The position numbers and the translations under genes are program-made. Under the pieces are notes generated by a model. The model was not told where the DNA came from, searched no databases, and worked only from the letters and a program-made list of their open reading frames with translations. Shown here in pieces: positions 55,595-64,000 of a stretch of DNA of 64,000 nt. Source of the stretch: a virus; IMG/VR virus record IMGVR_UViG_3300028920_000032, positions 32,001 through 96,000 of that record. One strand, given 5' to 3'. Numbering within the stretch: position 1 is the stretch's first letter; each line of letters begins with the position of its first letter.

Positions 55595-57871
55595 TTAAGC
55601 CCGAATTATTTGTATTGCAGGTTTGTTGCCTACTTCGCTAGGCCAGCATAATTTCAGCCAATTAGAGTCATTCTTTATTGCAATCTTTACTAATTGACCT
55701 TTAGTAAATTTACCAATAATATCTTTTCTGTTTTGTTCTCCAAATGCAAATACACTGATAGCTTCTCTGAAGTCTGTTATAGTAATGAGAACATACTCAT
55801 TACCACTCTTTTTAGATTTTTTTATTTTTACATCATCTATATAAGCAGCTAATACCCAAAGCTTTTTATCTTGATCTCGATCAGATATTGTTTTAAGTCC
55901 ACAATATTTTGTACCTTCTAATATATCTTTAAAACCATGAAATGAATATTTGCAATATTCATATTCTATTTGTATTAACTGGTAAATTTCAGGCATATTC
56001 TTTTGAAATTCATCTAATTCTTTTTTTATTTTTTTATCCCAAGATGTACCGCCACTTTTTAATACCTTCTTACCTTTCTCGGCTAAGTACAACAACCACT
56101 TATAAGGCCTTTCTTCAATAGTATCATCAAAATCAGCAGCACCAGAAAATATACAACCTTTTACTACCGATTTGTTTATTTTATTTTTGACTGCTTTTTT
56201 TAAGAAATCTTCCCAATTTTTATATGGTCTATACTTTATAATTGATTCAGCTCCTTTGCCAGTGTCTTTAATATAAGAAAGTGCGAAGTATATTCCATCT
56301 TTATCAGACTCAAATAGTATACCAGATTTATTAATGTTTGGCCGATGAACTTTAATTCCAGCTTTATTAATAGAATTGATGTATTTTCCTAATGAAGATT
56401 GTCCATGTTTTTCCTGGCCTCTATCAATAGTATTTAAAGAAGCAGTCCAGAATTCAAGAGGATAATAACATTTTAAATAAGCTTGGACATAACCCATTAG
56501 AGAATAAGCATATGAGTGTGGCATATTAAATGCATATTTTGCTTGAAGCATTATTTGTTTCCACTGATCATCAGCATATTTAGTAGCTTCTTTAATATCC
56601 CATCCATCTTCTCTCATTATTTTAGGAACAGCAGCATCCATGTACATTGATTGATATTTTTCACATTCTTTCAACATAGCTTGTCTGTTAGTATCAGAAG
56701 TTTTTGCTTTACCTATCTTTCTAACTAATCTTCTTAATCGATCAGCTTCAAAAATTGAGAAGTCAGCTAATTCCATAGGCACTTGCATTAATTGTTCTTG
56801 ATATATCATTAAGCCTCTAGTGTGGTTATATACACTATGTAAACATTTAGGCTCTCGTCTTTCAAGTGGTGCCGTCACATAATCATCTACTTCAGCCGCT
56901 CCAGGGCGAATTAATGTACTTATATTACTGATATCTTGTAGAGACTGTGGCTTGATTCTCCTAACCGCCTCTACAAACACTTTAGATTCCATTTGAAATA
57001 TATTATCAAGTTGTAATGTGTTAATAAACTTATACACTTTAGGATCATCTTGTGGTAGTAAATAAATGTCTTTAGGTAAATTATTCTTGGGATATTTATG
57101 ATTAATTTCTTCAACACATAAACGAATTTGTTCTACACATGCAAGACCCAAGATATCAACTTTGATTACTCCAAGAGCTTCCAATTCTTTTATTGCGCCT
57201 GACTCTTGCCAACCAGTAACATAACCTTTGTTTGCACGAATTATAGGAATGATATCAGTAAGATCGTCAGACGAAACGACGAAACCTCCTGCATGTTGTC
57301 CTACATTTTTCTTCATGCCAGTTAATTTCGTAAGAGATCTAGCAACTTCAGGATGCTTCTTCAAGAAATTATCAACTTCTGGATATTTTTCTCTAATTTC
57401 TTCTTCAGATAAATCTTTGTCATCATCAGAAACTAATTTGCTAATTTTTAAATAAGCAAACGGTGAAATCCCATAAACACGAGAAATTTCTTGGACAGAG
57501 CCTTTAACACCTAATGTTCCATATGTTCCTATTGAAACACAATTATCTTCACCGAATTTTTCTTTTAGCCAGGCTTTAATAGAATCACGACCACTCGGGG
57601 AGAAATCACAATCGACATCTGCCATGTCTGCTAACTGCCAATGATGTTGTAGTTTATCAGGATATGGAGCTATAGATAATAAATAAAATGTTAAAATGTT
57701 TTCATAATTTTTTTCTATTGTTTTTTTGTTGTTAAAAATAGAACAAATTTTTGATAAATCATCAGACTGCATTTTTAAAGCTTTAAGCTCTTCATCTAAA
57801 TAAGATTTCTCTTCATCAGATAATTTTTCTCTCTTCTTGGCTAAAAATTGAATCAATTCTCTTTTCGTCAT
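55595..57871 (-). CDS. dnaE: DNA polymerase III alpha, C-terminal half (catalytic palm, thumb, fingers, HhH, OB)
   Basis: ADVDCDF, GQHAGG, KVDILGL, IFQMES, IRPG, IYQEQLM, YAFNMPHSYAY, PNINKS. Confidence 0.93.
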   Translation of the reverse strand: MTKRELIQFLAKKREKLSDEEKSYLDEELKALKMQSDDLSKICSIFNNKKTIEKNYENILTFYLLSIAPYPDKLQHHWQLADMADVDCDFSPSGRDSIKAWLKEKFGEDNCVSIGTYGTLGVKGSVQEISRVYGISPFAYLKISKLVSDDDKDLSEEEIREKYPEVDNFLKKHPEVARSLTKLTGMKKNVGQHAGGFVVSSDDLTDIIPIIRANKGYVTGWQESGAIKELEALGVIKVDILGLACVEQIRLCVEEINHKYPKNNLPKDIYLLPQDDPKVYKFINTLQLDNIFQMESKVFVEAVRRIKPQSLQDISNISTLIRPGAAEVDDYVTAPLERREPKCLHSVYNHTRGLMIYQEQLMQVPMELADFSIFEADRLRRLVRKIGKAKTSDTNRQAMLKECEKYQSMYMDAAVPKIMREDGWDIKEATKYADDQWKQIMLQAKYAFNMPHSYAYSLMGYVQAYLKCYYPLEFWTASLNTIDRGQEKHGQSSLGKYINSINKAGIKVHRPNINKSGILFESDKDGIYFALSYIKDTGKGAESIIKYRPYKNWEDFLKKAVKNKINKSVVKGCIFSGAADFDDTIEERPYKWLLYLAEKGKKVLKSGGTSWDKKIKKELDEFQKNMPEIYQLIQIEYEYCKYSFHGFKDILEGTKYCGLKTISDRDQDKKLWVLAAYIDDVKIKKSKKSGNEYVLITITDFREAISVFAFGEQNRKDIIGKFTKGQLVKIAIKNDSNWLKLCWPSEVGNKPAIQIIRA

Positions 57872-57887
57872 AACCTTTTGTCCTTAG

Positions 57888-58091
57888 TTATAAACATGTG
57901 CTAACACATTCTTTTATAAAAGCTTGTCTATTTTCTTTGACAAGAAAAAGATTGCACCAATCAACATATAACTTAGCTTTCTCTTCATTCCAGAAACAAG
58001 CTATTGGTTTTATTGTTCCTCTCTCATAAACTAAATATCTACAACCAATTCTTGTTTTATATTCTTTAGTTTCATAATAATACTTATCCAT
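57888..58091 (-). CDS. Hypothetical protein
   Basis: ORF with GGGGGA SD-like site. Confidence 0.5.
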   Translation of the reverse strand: MDKYYYETKEYKTRIGCRYLVYERGTIKPIACFWNEEKAKLYVDWCNLFLVKENRQAFIKECVSTCL

Positions 58092-58102
58092 CTAATTCCC
58101 CC

Positions 58103-58762
58103 TTATAATATTCCCCTTCCATGTTTTTGTAACCATTTAGGTATGTCTTTCCATGGTACCAAATTTGGTACTATTTCTTCAGTAGGTTGTTCTACTGTTA
58201 TATAACATAATGTAGAAACTTTTGCTAATTCATAAGCTTCAAAAAATTTCATGTTTGGATTGCTTTTCATTATCGCACTCAAACAAGAATTAGTATTTTT
58301 CTTTTCTTCTTTGTCATTGTTTTCGAACTTCATCATTGTTATATAATAACCATATTTATAAACTACTTCTAAAAATTTTTCTTTAACTTTTTGTATACCA
58401 TAGTTTTTATATATGCACTCAAGTTTATCAAGAATTCTATTTCTAGTATTTGAATGTTCTTTTACAAACAATCCATATGGCTGTTTTTTGTTTTTGTATA
58501 TATATTCAAAATAATTTTTTGTTACTAATAAAGATCTATTGCTTTCACATAAGCCCGATAAAGCGCCGGCACTTATTAATTGATGTCTTAATGCTGTAAG
58601 ACTAGTTTGATGCATCTCATGCTTATTGTCAATTCTAAATTTAAACAAAGTAAACCATCCTTCTATCGCACCTTTCCATTGAGAGTTTGCATATTCAACT
58701 AACTCATCATAGCTATATGAAGTTACTAACTTTTTTACAGTTTTTGAATTTATTTTTTTCAT
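58103..58762 (-). CDS. Hypothetical protein
   Basis: 219-aa ORF. Confidence 0.6.
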   Translation of the reverse strand: MKKINSKTVKKLVTSYSYDELVEYANSQWKGAIEGWFTLFKFRIDNKHEMHQTSLTALRHQLISAGALSGLCESNRSLLVTKNYFEYIYKNKKQPYGLFVKEHSNTRNRILDKLECIYKNYGIQKVKEKFLEVVYKYGYYITMMKFENNDKEEKKNTNSCLSAIMKSNPNMKFFEAYELAKVSTLCYITVEQPTEEIVPNLVPWKDIPKWLQKHGRGIL

Positions 58763-58788
58763 AATTGTTTTTTGTTTTATACTTTAAT

Positions 58789-58811
58789 AAAAAGGGTGGC
58801 ATTAGCCACCC
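58789..58811 (-). terminator. Intrinsic terminator
   Basis: GGGTGGC-TAAT-GCCACCC plus T-tract on the minus strand. Confidence 0.85.
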
Positions 58812-58841
58812 ATAGAGGAGGTATATTATGGATGCATTAAC

Positions 58842-59090
58842 TCATACATCACCATTTTCATCAATTTTTTTGTCTTCATAAGGACCAAGTATCCTTCGTT
58901 CGATTTCTGTGGCACATTGTCTTAATTCTCCACAAAAGTTCTTTAGACTATTATAATTATGCTCTATAAAATATTTGGCATAATAGTAAAGTAAAAAATT
59001 TAAATCACCATTTGCTTTAATTTTAACTACTGCCATTTGCGTAGCAATTGAAACTAATTTATCTCTATCATTTTGTTTTATATAAGGCAT
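58842..59090 (-). CDS. Conserved phage protein (MPYIK...GDLNF...ERRILGPYEDKKIDENGDV; DUF6899-like)
   Basis: Recognised motif; AAGGAG SD before MPYIK. Confidence 0.7.
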   Translation of the reverse strand: MPYIKQNDRDKLVSIATQMAVVKIKANGDLNFLLYYYAKYFIEHNYNSLKNFCGELRQCATEIERRILGPYEDKKIDENGDV

Positions 59091-59247
59091 GTTTGTTCTC
59101 CTTAAAATACTTACAGTTTGTTGGACAATCACAATAGATCCATGATGTTATTGCACAATACCCTCGTGTTGTAAAATAATTAACACAATTATTACATGGA
59201 GGTTCGTCTCTCAACAGTCTTTTTGTTTCTTCTTTTACTAAATCCAT
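59068..59247 (-). CDS. Small Cys-rich protein not in the ORF track (MDLVKEETKRLLRDEPPCNNC...)
   Basis: Manual translation, 59 aa. Confidence 0.65.
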   Translation of the reverse strand: MDLVKEETKRLLRDEPPCNNCVNYFTTRGYCAITSWIYCDCPTNCKYFKENKHALYKTK

Positions 59248-59405
59248 TTCTCTTCAAAGTAACGACAATTTTCTGTATGATCTGGAAAACTATAAGATGC
59301 GATTTTACAATAACTATACAAATAATAAAATTTACAATTTTTACATTTAAAAATCTGATTATCTCTAAGTAGCTCTTTAGTTTCTTCTTTAGTTGTTTTC
59401 TTCAT
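59238..59405 (-). CDS. Small Cys-rich protein not in the ORF track (MKKTTKEETKELLRDNQIFKCKNC...)
   Basis: Manual translation, 55 aa. Confidence 0.65.
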   Translation of the reverse strand: MKKTTKEETKELLRDNQIFKCKNCKFYYLYSYCKIASYSFPDHTENCRYFEEKWI

Positions 59406-59677
59406 ATGCAACTATTTCCCATCTTTGTTTTTTATGCTTAGCAACCGATAAACAAATTTGTGTTAATGCGGCGCTAACAATTACTCCACTTATTATGAAT
59501 AATATTGTTATCATTTTTTCTTCCAAACTTTCTTGGCGCGGGCCACATAGTTAAGATCATAAGGATTAAAATTATTAGCCTTCTTCTTATTTTTTTTATC
59601 AGCTGTAAAAATTGCCGTTAATATGCAACTAACAATTATACTAGCTACTATACCAATTACTATTTTGACTGCAATCA

Positions 59678-59890
59678 TCAATCATCTCCTTTCTTTAAAC
59701 TAAATGCATTTTTTATTGCAATTCTTGGGTGCCAACTTTTCTTACATGAAATAGTATCTTTGGCACAAAATTGACATAAATCAAAACTGAAGAATTTATC
59801 GCCACGTAATAAAGCTTTAGATTCTTCTCTTTTTCTTATTTTTTTGATTCTTGTTAGTACTACCAAAACCACCTTCATTTCTATAGTCAT
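59678..59890 (-). CDS. Small Cys-rich protein (KREESKALLR...CQFC); start uncertain
   Basis: Motif family member overlapping the dUTPase 3' end. Confidence 0.45.
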   Translation of the reverse strand: MTIEMKVVLVVLTRIKKIRKREESKALLRGDKFFSFDLCQFCAKDTISCKKSWHPRIAIKNAFSLKKGDD

Positions 59891-60377
59891 CTTGTTTCAT
59901 CCAATCATATAACTGTTCTTCATCAACTAATATTGGTTCACAACTTAATACTGGAATTAAAACTAATTGTACAATCTTCATTCCAGGCTTAATTAAAAAT
60001 TCTTCATCACTAACATTATGCATATCGATATGAATTTCACCACTATAAAATGTGTCAATTACTTGTGCACCTACTAGCAATTCGTTTTTAGATGCAACTC
60101 CTGATTTATTTAAGAATAAAGCCATGTAACCATATGGAACTTCAATTTTAATACCAGAAGGTATACATATATTTGAATTCGGATAAAGCACTATATACGA
60201 TTCATCACTATATGGATCATTACTCCAACTTAATGTATGGCGATCATCGTTTTTCTTTTTTAAGTCTTCAATAAATTTTTCAGTAAAGCCGGGAACAAAG
60301 AAATCTAATCCAGCATCAGTCGCATGTCCTCTTGATGGTTTTTTCACATTTCTTACTAATGAATATTTTAATAACAT
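59817..60377 (-). CDS. dut: Trimeric dUTPase
   Basis: DAGLDF, PSGIKIEVP.GY, KSGVA, VIDTFYSGEI, RNEGGFGST. Confidence 0.93.
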   Translation of the reverse strand: MLLKYSLVRNVKKPSRGHATDAGLDFFVPGFTEKFIEDLKKKNDDRHTLSWSNDPYSDESYIVLYPNSNICIPSGIKIEVPYGYMALFLNKSGVASKNELLVGAQVIDTFYSGEIHIDMHNVSDEEFLIKPGMKIVQLVLIPVLSCEPILVDEEQLYDWMKQDDYRNEGGFGSTNKNQKNKKKRRI

Positions 60378-60393
60378 TTATTTCTCCTTATTT

Positions 60394-60729
60394 TTAAATT
60401 AATTCACCTATTTCTTTACTAATCTCTTCTAAGTTGTTTTCTAATTTTTTTAGCTTTTCTTGCAGAACTCTAATTTCTTCTTCTTTTTTATCATACTTAA
60501 ATTGTAAATCTGTTATTTTCTTAGCTTTGCTTATTAACTCTTTTGGTAGAACAAGATCTGTTAAAATATAATCTGGATCCCAGCTAGCTTCAGTTTCAAA
60601 ATCATCACTTTTGTCACTGTAAATTTTTACAATTGTAAGGCATAACTCACCTCCATCAATAACAGCTCCAACATACTCACCTGTTTTTAATTTTTTTGCT
60701 AACTTTTCGTCAAATTTTAACCATTCCAT
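60394..60729 (-). CDS. Hypothetical protein with coiled-coil tail
   Basis: ORF with AGAGG SD. Confidence 0.55.
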   Translation of the reverse strand: MEWLKFDEKLAKKLKTGEYVGAVIDGGELCLTIVKIYSDKSDDFETEASWDPDYILTDLVLPKELISKAKKITDLQFKYDKKEEEIRVLQEKLKKLENNLEEISKEIGELI

Positions 60730-60740
60730 ATTTTCCTCTT

Positions 60741-60983
60741 TTATTTTCTTTCAGTAAGATCAATTTGGTAACTTTTTCTTTTAGTTTTTTTATTCTTGTC
60801 ATTCTCAATATATGTTATGCTAGAAATTAAAATGGGTACATTTAAATCATTATTATTTAAAGTATTTGAATAACTAACAACTTTTACACTATTCTCTTTT
60901 ATCCAACTGTTTATTATTTCATCAGATTTTTTAATAGAAGATTTACTCTCAAAAACAAAATTTTTTACTAATATCATTTTCAC
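60741..60983 (-). CDS. Hypothetical protein
   Basis: ORF with GGGAGG SD. Confidence 0.55.
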   Translation of the reverse strand: MKMILVKNFVFESKSSIKKSDEIINSWIKENSVKVVSYSNTLNNNDLNVPILISSITYIENDKNKKTKRKSYQIDLTERK

Positions 60984-61537
60984 CTCCCAGCAATATTTAA
61001 GCTTGCTAAAAACTTGTTGTTTACATCAATTTGCTTCACTGTTATATTATTATCTTTTAATATCTCTATTGCTTTATATCCCTCTTCTCGATCATATAAT
61101 GTATGATAATATACATGTTTTATTCCAGCGTGTATGACAGACTTTACGCAAAATAAACATGGAGAATATGTTGTATATATGCTTCCACCTTCTACTGAAA
61201 TTCCTTTTCTAGCACAATAAATTATTGCATTCATCTCAGCATGTAATTCATGTTCAATTGCCCAAGTGTGATGAACTTCTTTAAACGACCAATGATCTAA
61301 ATATTTTTTAAATGTTGGAAACAAACTATTTCTGGTTTCTTGTGGAATTTCTTTATATTGTTTAAGAAAGTGGTCATAACAATGTTCTTTGCCAGGAGCA
61401 TTTCCATTATAGCCAGTAGATACTGCTCGATTATCAACGGAGATTACAGCACCAGCTTTTACACGAGCACATGTAGATCTCTGCGCAAACAATAAAGCTG
61501 TTTGCATCAAAATTTCATGTATGCTTAGACGTTTCAT
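60980..61537 (-). CDS. dCMP deaminase
   Basis: RSTC.R.K.GAVI, TGYNG, HAEMNAI, SPCLFC. Confidence 0.95.
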   Translation of the reverse strand: MKRLSIHEILMQTALLFAQRSTCARVKAGAVISVDNRAVSTGYNGNAPGKEHCYDHFLKQYKEIPQETRNSLFPTFKKYLDHWSFKEVHHTWAIEHELHAEMNAIIYCARKGISVEGGSIYTTYSPCLFCVKSVIHAGIKHVYYHTLYDREEGYKAIEILKDNNITVKQIDVNNKFLASLNIAGR

Positions 61538-61565
61538 ATATCCTCCTTTATATATAAATATGCAT

Positions 61566-61590
61566 AAAAAAAGGGTTACCGAAGTAACCC
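61566..61590 (-). terminator. Intrinsic terminator with cUUCGg loop
   Basis: GGGTTAC-TTCG-GTAACCC plus T-tract on the minus strand. Confidence 0.9.
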
Positions 61591-61610
61591 TAAATTTATG
61601 ATTATAACTT

Positions 61611-61937
61611 TTAATGTCTTAAAACTCTTGGTATTTTAAGTGTGGTTAAAAAAGATGCTGGAATTGTGAGGTAAGCTGATCTTTCAATTTTTATGATTGT
61701 TTTATCGGCCATCTCTCTTTTCACTTTTTCTGTATCTTTAACATCTTTTCCAGTGGCATTAACAAACTTCATGTTTTCGACTAATTCTTTTTTAAGATCT
61801 GAGATATACATTTCCCATTTTCTGTTAAACATCTCTTCATTTTTAGTGTTCTTAAAAGACATTTTACACATTAGCCAAAATCTAGTTGTTGGAATTTCAT
61901 CTTTAATTATAAATGGTTCCTTCCAAACTATTGCCAT
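61611..61937 (-). CDS. Hypothetical protein
   Basis: Strong AGGAGGT SD and its own terminator. Confidence 0.65.
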   Translation of the reverse strand: MAIVWKEPFIIKDEIPTTRFWLMCKMSFKNTKNEEMFNRKWEMYISDLKKELVENMKFVNATGKDVKDTEKVKREMADKTIIKIERSAYLTIPASFLTTLKIPRVLRH

Positions 61938-61966
61938 AATTAATACCTCCTATATATATAGTAAGT

Positions 61967-62548
61967 CTATGTCGAAGCTTTTGCTGTTTTTAACCAATTT
62001 TTTAAGATCATTTTTAAAGTTGTAAAATTATTTAAAAAATTGGGTGATTTTCTCAGTACCCATTTTAGTACTCTAACAGTATTCTTTTTGTTAGGTTTTA
62101 GTTTCTTTCGTCTATGAGATGCATTATAATCATCATAAGCTTTTTTTAATAAACTTAACTCTTCTGGTTCTACTATCTCATTTAGCGGAGTACCTTCTCT
62201 TTTAAGTTGTATGTTTTCTGCCCAGTCTAATATTTTTTCTTGTTCAACAAATATTGTTGTCGCTTTATTTTGTCTTCTACGAATTTTTCTAAGTTTATAT
62301 GCGATTGCCAAAGATATCTGTTTCCAGAAAAATGAATAAGCTCTACCTTTTGTTGTAGTATATGAATCTTGATGCATGAAGCATTTATATAAAGCAAATT
62401 GAATATAATCATCTCGTTCTTTAAAATTTATACCTTTACGAGAAACTTGATGCTTGGCAATAGAGTATAGAAAATTATAAAATTTGTCACTTCTTTTACG
62501 ATCAATCCATGATTGATCCATTTCATCTTTATTTATGTTTAATGACAT
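61967..62548 (-). CDS. Late sigma factor, T4 gp55-like
   Basis: DDYIQFALYKC...SYTTTKGRAYSFFWKQISLAIAYKLRK resembles sigma region 2 of gp55. Confidence 0.65.
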   Translation of the reverse strand: MSLNINKDEMDQSWIDRKRSDKFYNFLYSIAKHQVSRKGINFKERDDYIQFALYKCFMHQDSYTTTKGRAYSFFWKQISLAIAYKLRKIRRRQNKATTIFVEQEKILDWAENIQLKREGTPLNEIVEPEELSLLKKAYDDYNASHRRKKLKPNKKNTVRVLKWVLRKSPNFLNNFTTLKMILKNWLKTAKAST

Positions 62549-62574
62549 ATTGCCTCCTCAATTATATTATAAAT

Positions 62575-63870
62575 TTATTTCGATTTTTCATCTTCAATTA
62601 ATATTATTTGACCAAAGCCTGGCTTAAAATTGTTATTATTGACTACTGCCCATACAGTTGGAATATTATAGTGATTGATTCCTAGATCAAAATATCCATC
62701 AGTAAAATTTACTAGAATAACAGCATATTTTCTAAGATTGTTATAAACATAATCATATAAGTCTTGGCAGTCTGTACCACCACGACCTTGAACTTCTATC
62801 TTTTTCCAATCGCCTTTATTATAAGTGTAATGTCGTTGAACTTTAGTATCCCACTCAATAACAATTAGATTAGTAAAATCTTTTACTATTTTTTCAATCT
62901 GCCCAAAAAATTTTTGTAAATCATCATCATCAATACTTCCTGAAGTGTCTACTGAAACTAGTACTTTATTTGAAAGTTTCTTTATACCTGGGAGTGGTAG
63001 ATTTCTTCTATTTCTTTTTGCCCAACTATTCCTTTGTATGTTACCAGGTGAATTTACATATCTTGACAAACACATTCTAAGTTTTTGCTTCCATGGGATT
63101 CTTTTAGTTTTAATAAGATCTTCACATTTAGATTTTAAGTTTCCAGACATACTGCCCCATGATCTAGACTTAGCATGATTAACAGTTTCTTCAATAACCT
63201 GTTTGTCCATTTCGCTTAGCCGCTTATTCATCTGACCATGGTTATCTGTTGTATTAAGTTGTTTCTTCTTTTTATCTTTGCTTCCAGTACCACCACAACT
63301 TGGACATGTTTTGTTGTCTTTCATTCCAGTTCCACCACAATCTGGACAAGTGCTGTCGTTTTCTTCTTTTCCATTTCCACCTGCACCAGCTCCTTTTGAA
63401 TTAATAGATATCTGTTCAGCTTTAGACATGATAAAATCATATACAGGTTCAGAAATAGATTCTCCTTTATAACCCATCTCTTTCATCTGCTCCATAGTAA
63501 CAACACCTTTAAATAATTCTAATTGGCGACCGCCTATAGTAGAAGTGACTACAGTTTCGTTTATACATGCATCTTGTGCAACATTAAAAGCAAATATATG
63601 TCTGTCACCAACTCTTTCATGGAACTTATTAAGTATATGCATTATTTCATGTACTAATGTACCTTCTAATTGAAGAGAGCTTAGTTTTTCTATAAAATCA
63701 GGAGCATATGCTAAATGTATACGACCATTATGTATAGATACACCAGCAGTCCCTATTTCTGGCATTGGCTTATACTTAAACCTCAATAAGAATTCTGCAA
63801 AGAATGGACAATCTGACTGCCATCGTATACATATGTCGCTGATTTTTTCATGCATATTCCTAACTATCAT
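62575..63870 (-). CDS. HEXXH metallopeptidase-VWA protein (DUF2201-like) with an inserted DnaJ-type CxxCxGxG pair
   Basis: LVHEIMH...FNVAQD..IN; CPDCGGTG/CPSCGGTG; VDTSGSI, GRGGTD, FTDG. Confidence 0.88.
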   Translation of the reverse strand: MIVRNMHEKISDICIRWQSDCPFFAEFLLRFKYKPMPEIGTAGVSIHNGRIHLAYAPDFIEKLSSLQLEGTLVHEIMHILNKFHERVGDRHIFAFNVAQDACINETVVTSTIGGRQLELFKGVVTMEQMKEMGYKGESISEPVYDFIMSKAEQISINSKGAGAGGNGKEENDSTCPDCGGTGMKDNKTCPSCGGTGSKDKKKKQLNTTDNHGQMNKRLSEMDKQVIEETVNHAKSRSWGSMSGNLKSKCEDLIKTKRIPWKQKLRMCLSRYVNSPGNIQRNSWAKRNRRNLPLPGIKKLSNKVLVSVDTSGSIDDDDLQKFFGQIEKIVKDFTNLIVIEWDTKVQRHYTYNKGDWKKIEVQGRGGTDCQDLYDYVYNNLRKYAVILVNFTDGYFDLGINHYNIPTVWAVVNNNNFKPGFGQIILIEDEKSK

Positions 63871-63998
63871 TATTTTGAATCCTTTGCTTTTCTAAGTATA
63901 TTAGAAATAGTAGAGTTCATTTCATCATATAGATCCAGATATGGATCCATAAATTCACATTCTTTACCATTGTATTGTTTAAGAGATCCACTATATTT
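63870..63998 (-). CDS. 3' end of the upstream gene (possibly the partner AAA+ ATPase)
   Basis: Open frame ...DPYLDLYDEMNSTISNILRKAKDSK* with TAATG overlap; identity inferred from context only. Confidence 0.4.
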   Translation of the reverse strand, partial: KYSGSLKQYNGKECEFMDPYLDLYDEMNSTISNILRKAKDSK

Positions 63999-64000
63999 AA

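Noticed and set aside
50726-57871. Split intein or group I intron in dnaE
   Set aside because: No intein motifs at either junction, the gene order is permuted, and the intervening DNA is full of ordinary genes.
1-64000. Alternative genetic code (stop-codon reassignment)
   Set aside because: Conserved genes are full length and densely packed under the standard code, and TAA, TAG and TGA all end genes.

Overview
An AT-rich (roughly 25-30% GC by eye) 64-kb segment of a large myovirus with a T4-like gene set. Almost all genes are on the minus strand and the standard genetic code fits. Left to right: (1) ~1-20 kb, baseplate/tail module (gp6-, gp25-, gp5-, gp53-, tube-initiator-, tape-measure-, gp27- and gp2-like genes), interrupted twice by clusters of small WG-repeat paralogs; (2) ~20-37 kb, putative head-internal proteins, a Csx15-like protein, homing endonucleases, RNase H/5'-3' exonuclease and gp32-like SSB; (3) ~37-49 kb, glycosyltransferase, methyltransferase, several phosphoesterases, two thymidylate-synthase-fold enzymes with the dCMP-type Asp, a dNMP kinase, an all-alpha dNTPase and a CCA-adding enzyme; (4) ~50-64 kb, a DnaE polymerase split into two intein-less genes in permuted order, Nudix, dUTPase, dCMP deaminase, gp55-like sigma and a VWA-metallopeptidase. 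I saw no tRNA, rRNA, CRISPR array or reverse transcriptase. Most notable: the split active-site DnaE, the probable cytosine-modification pathway, the phage Csx15 homolog, the shuffled WG-repeat family, two promoter grammars (RCATA-N9-ATG and AAGATAATTAAAA), shared peptide tags on many small proteins, and a gene bracketed by a perfect 13-bp inverted repeat. All protein calls are from motif recognition by eye; no searches were run.
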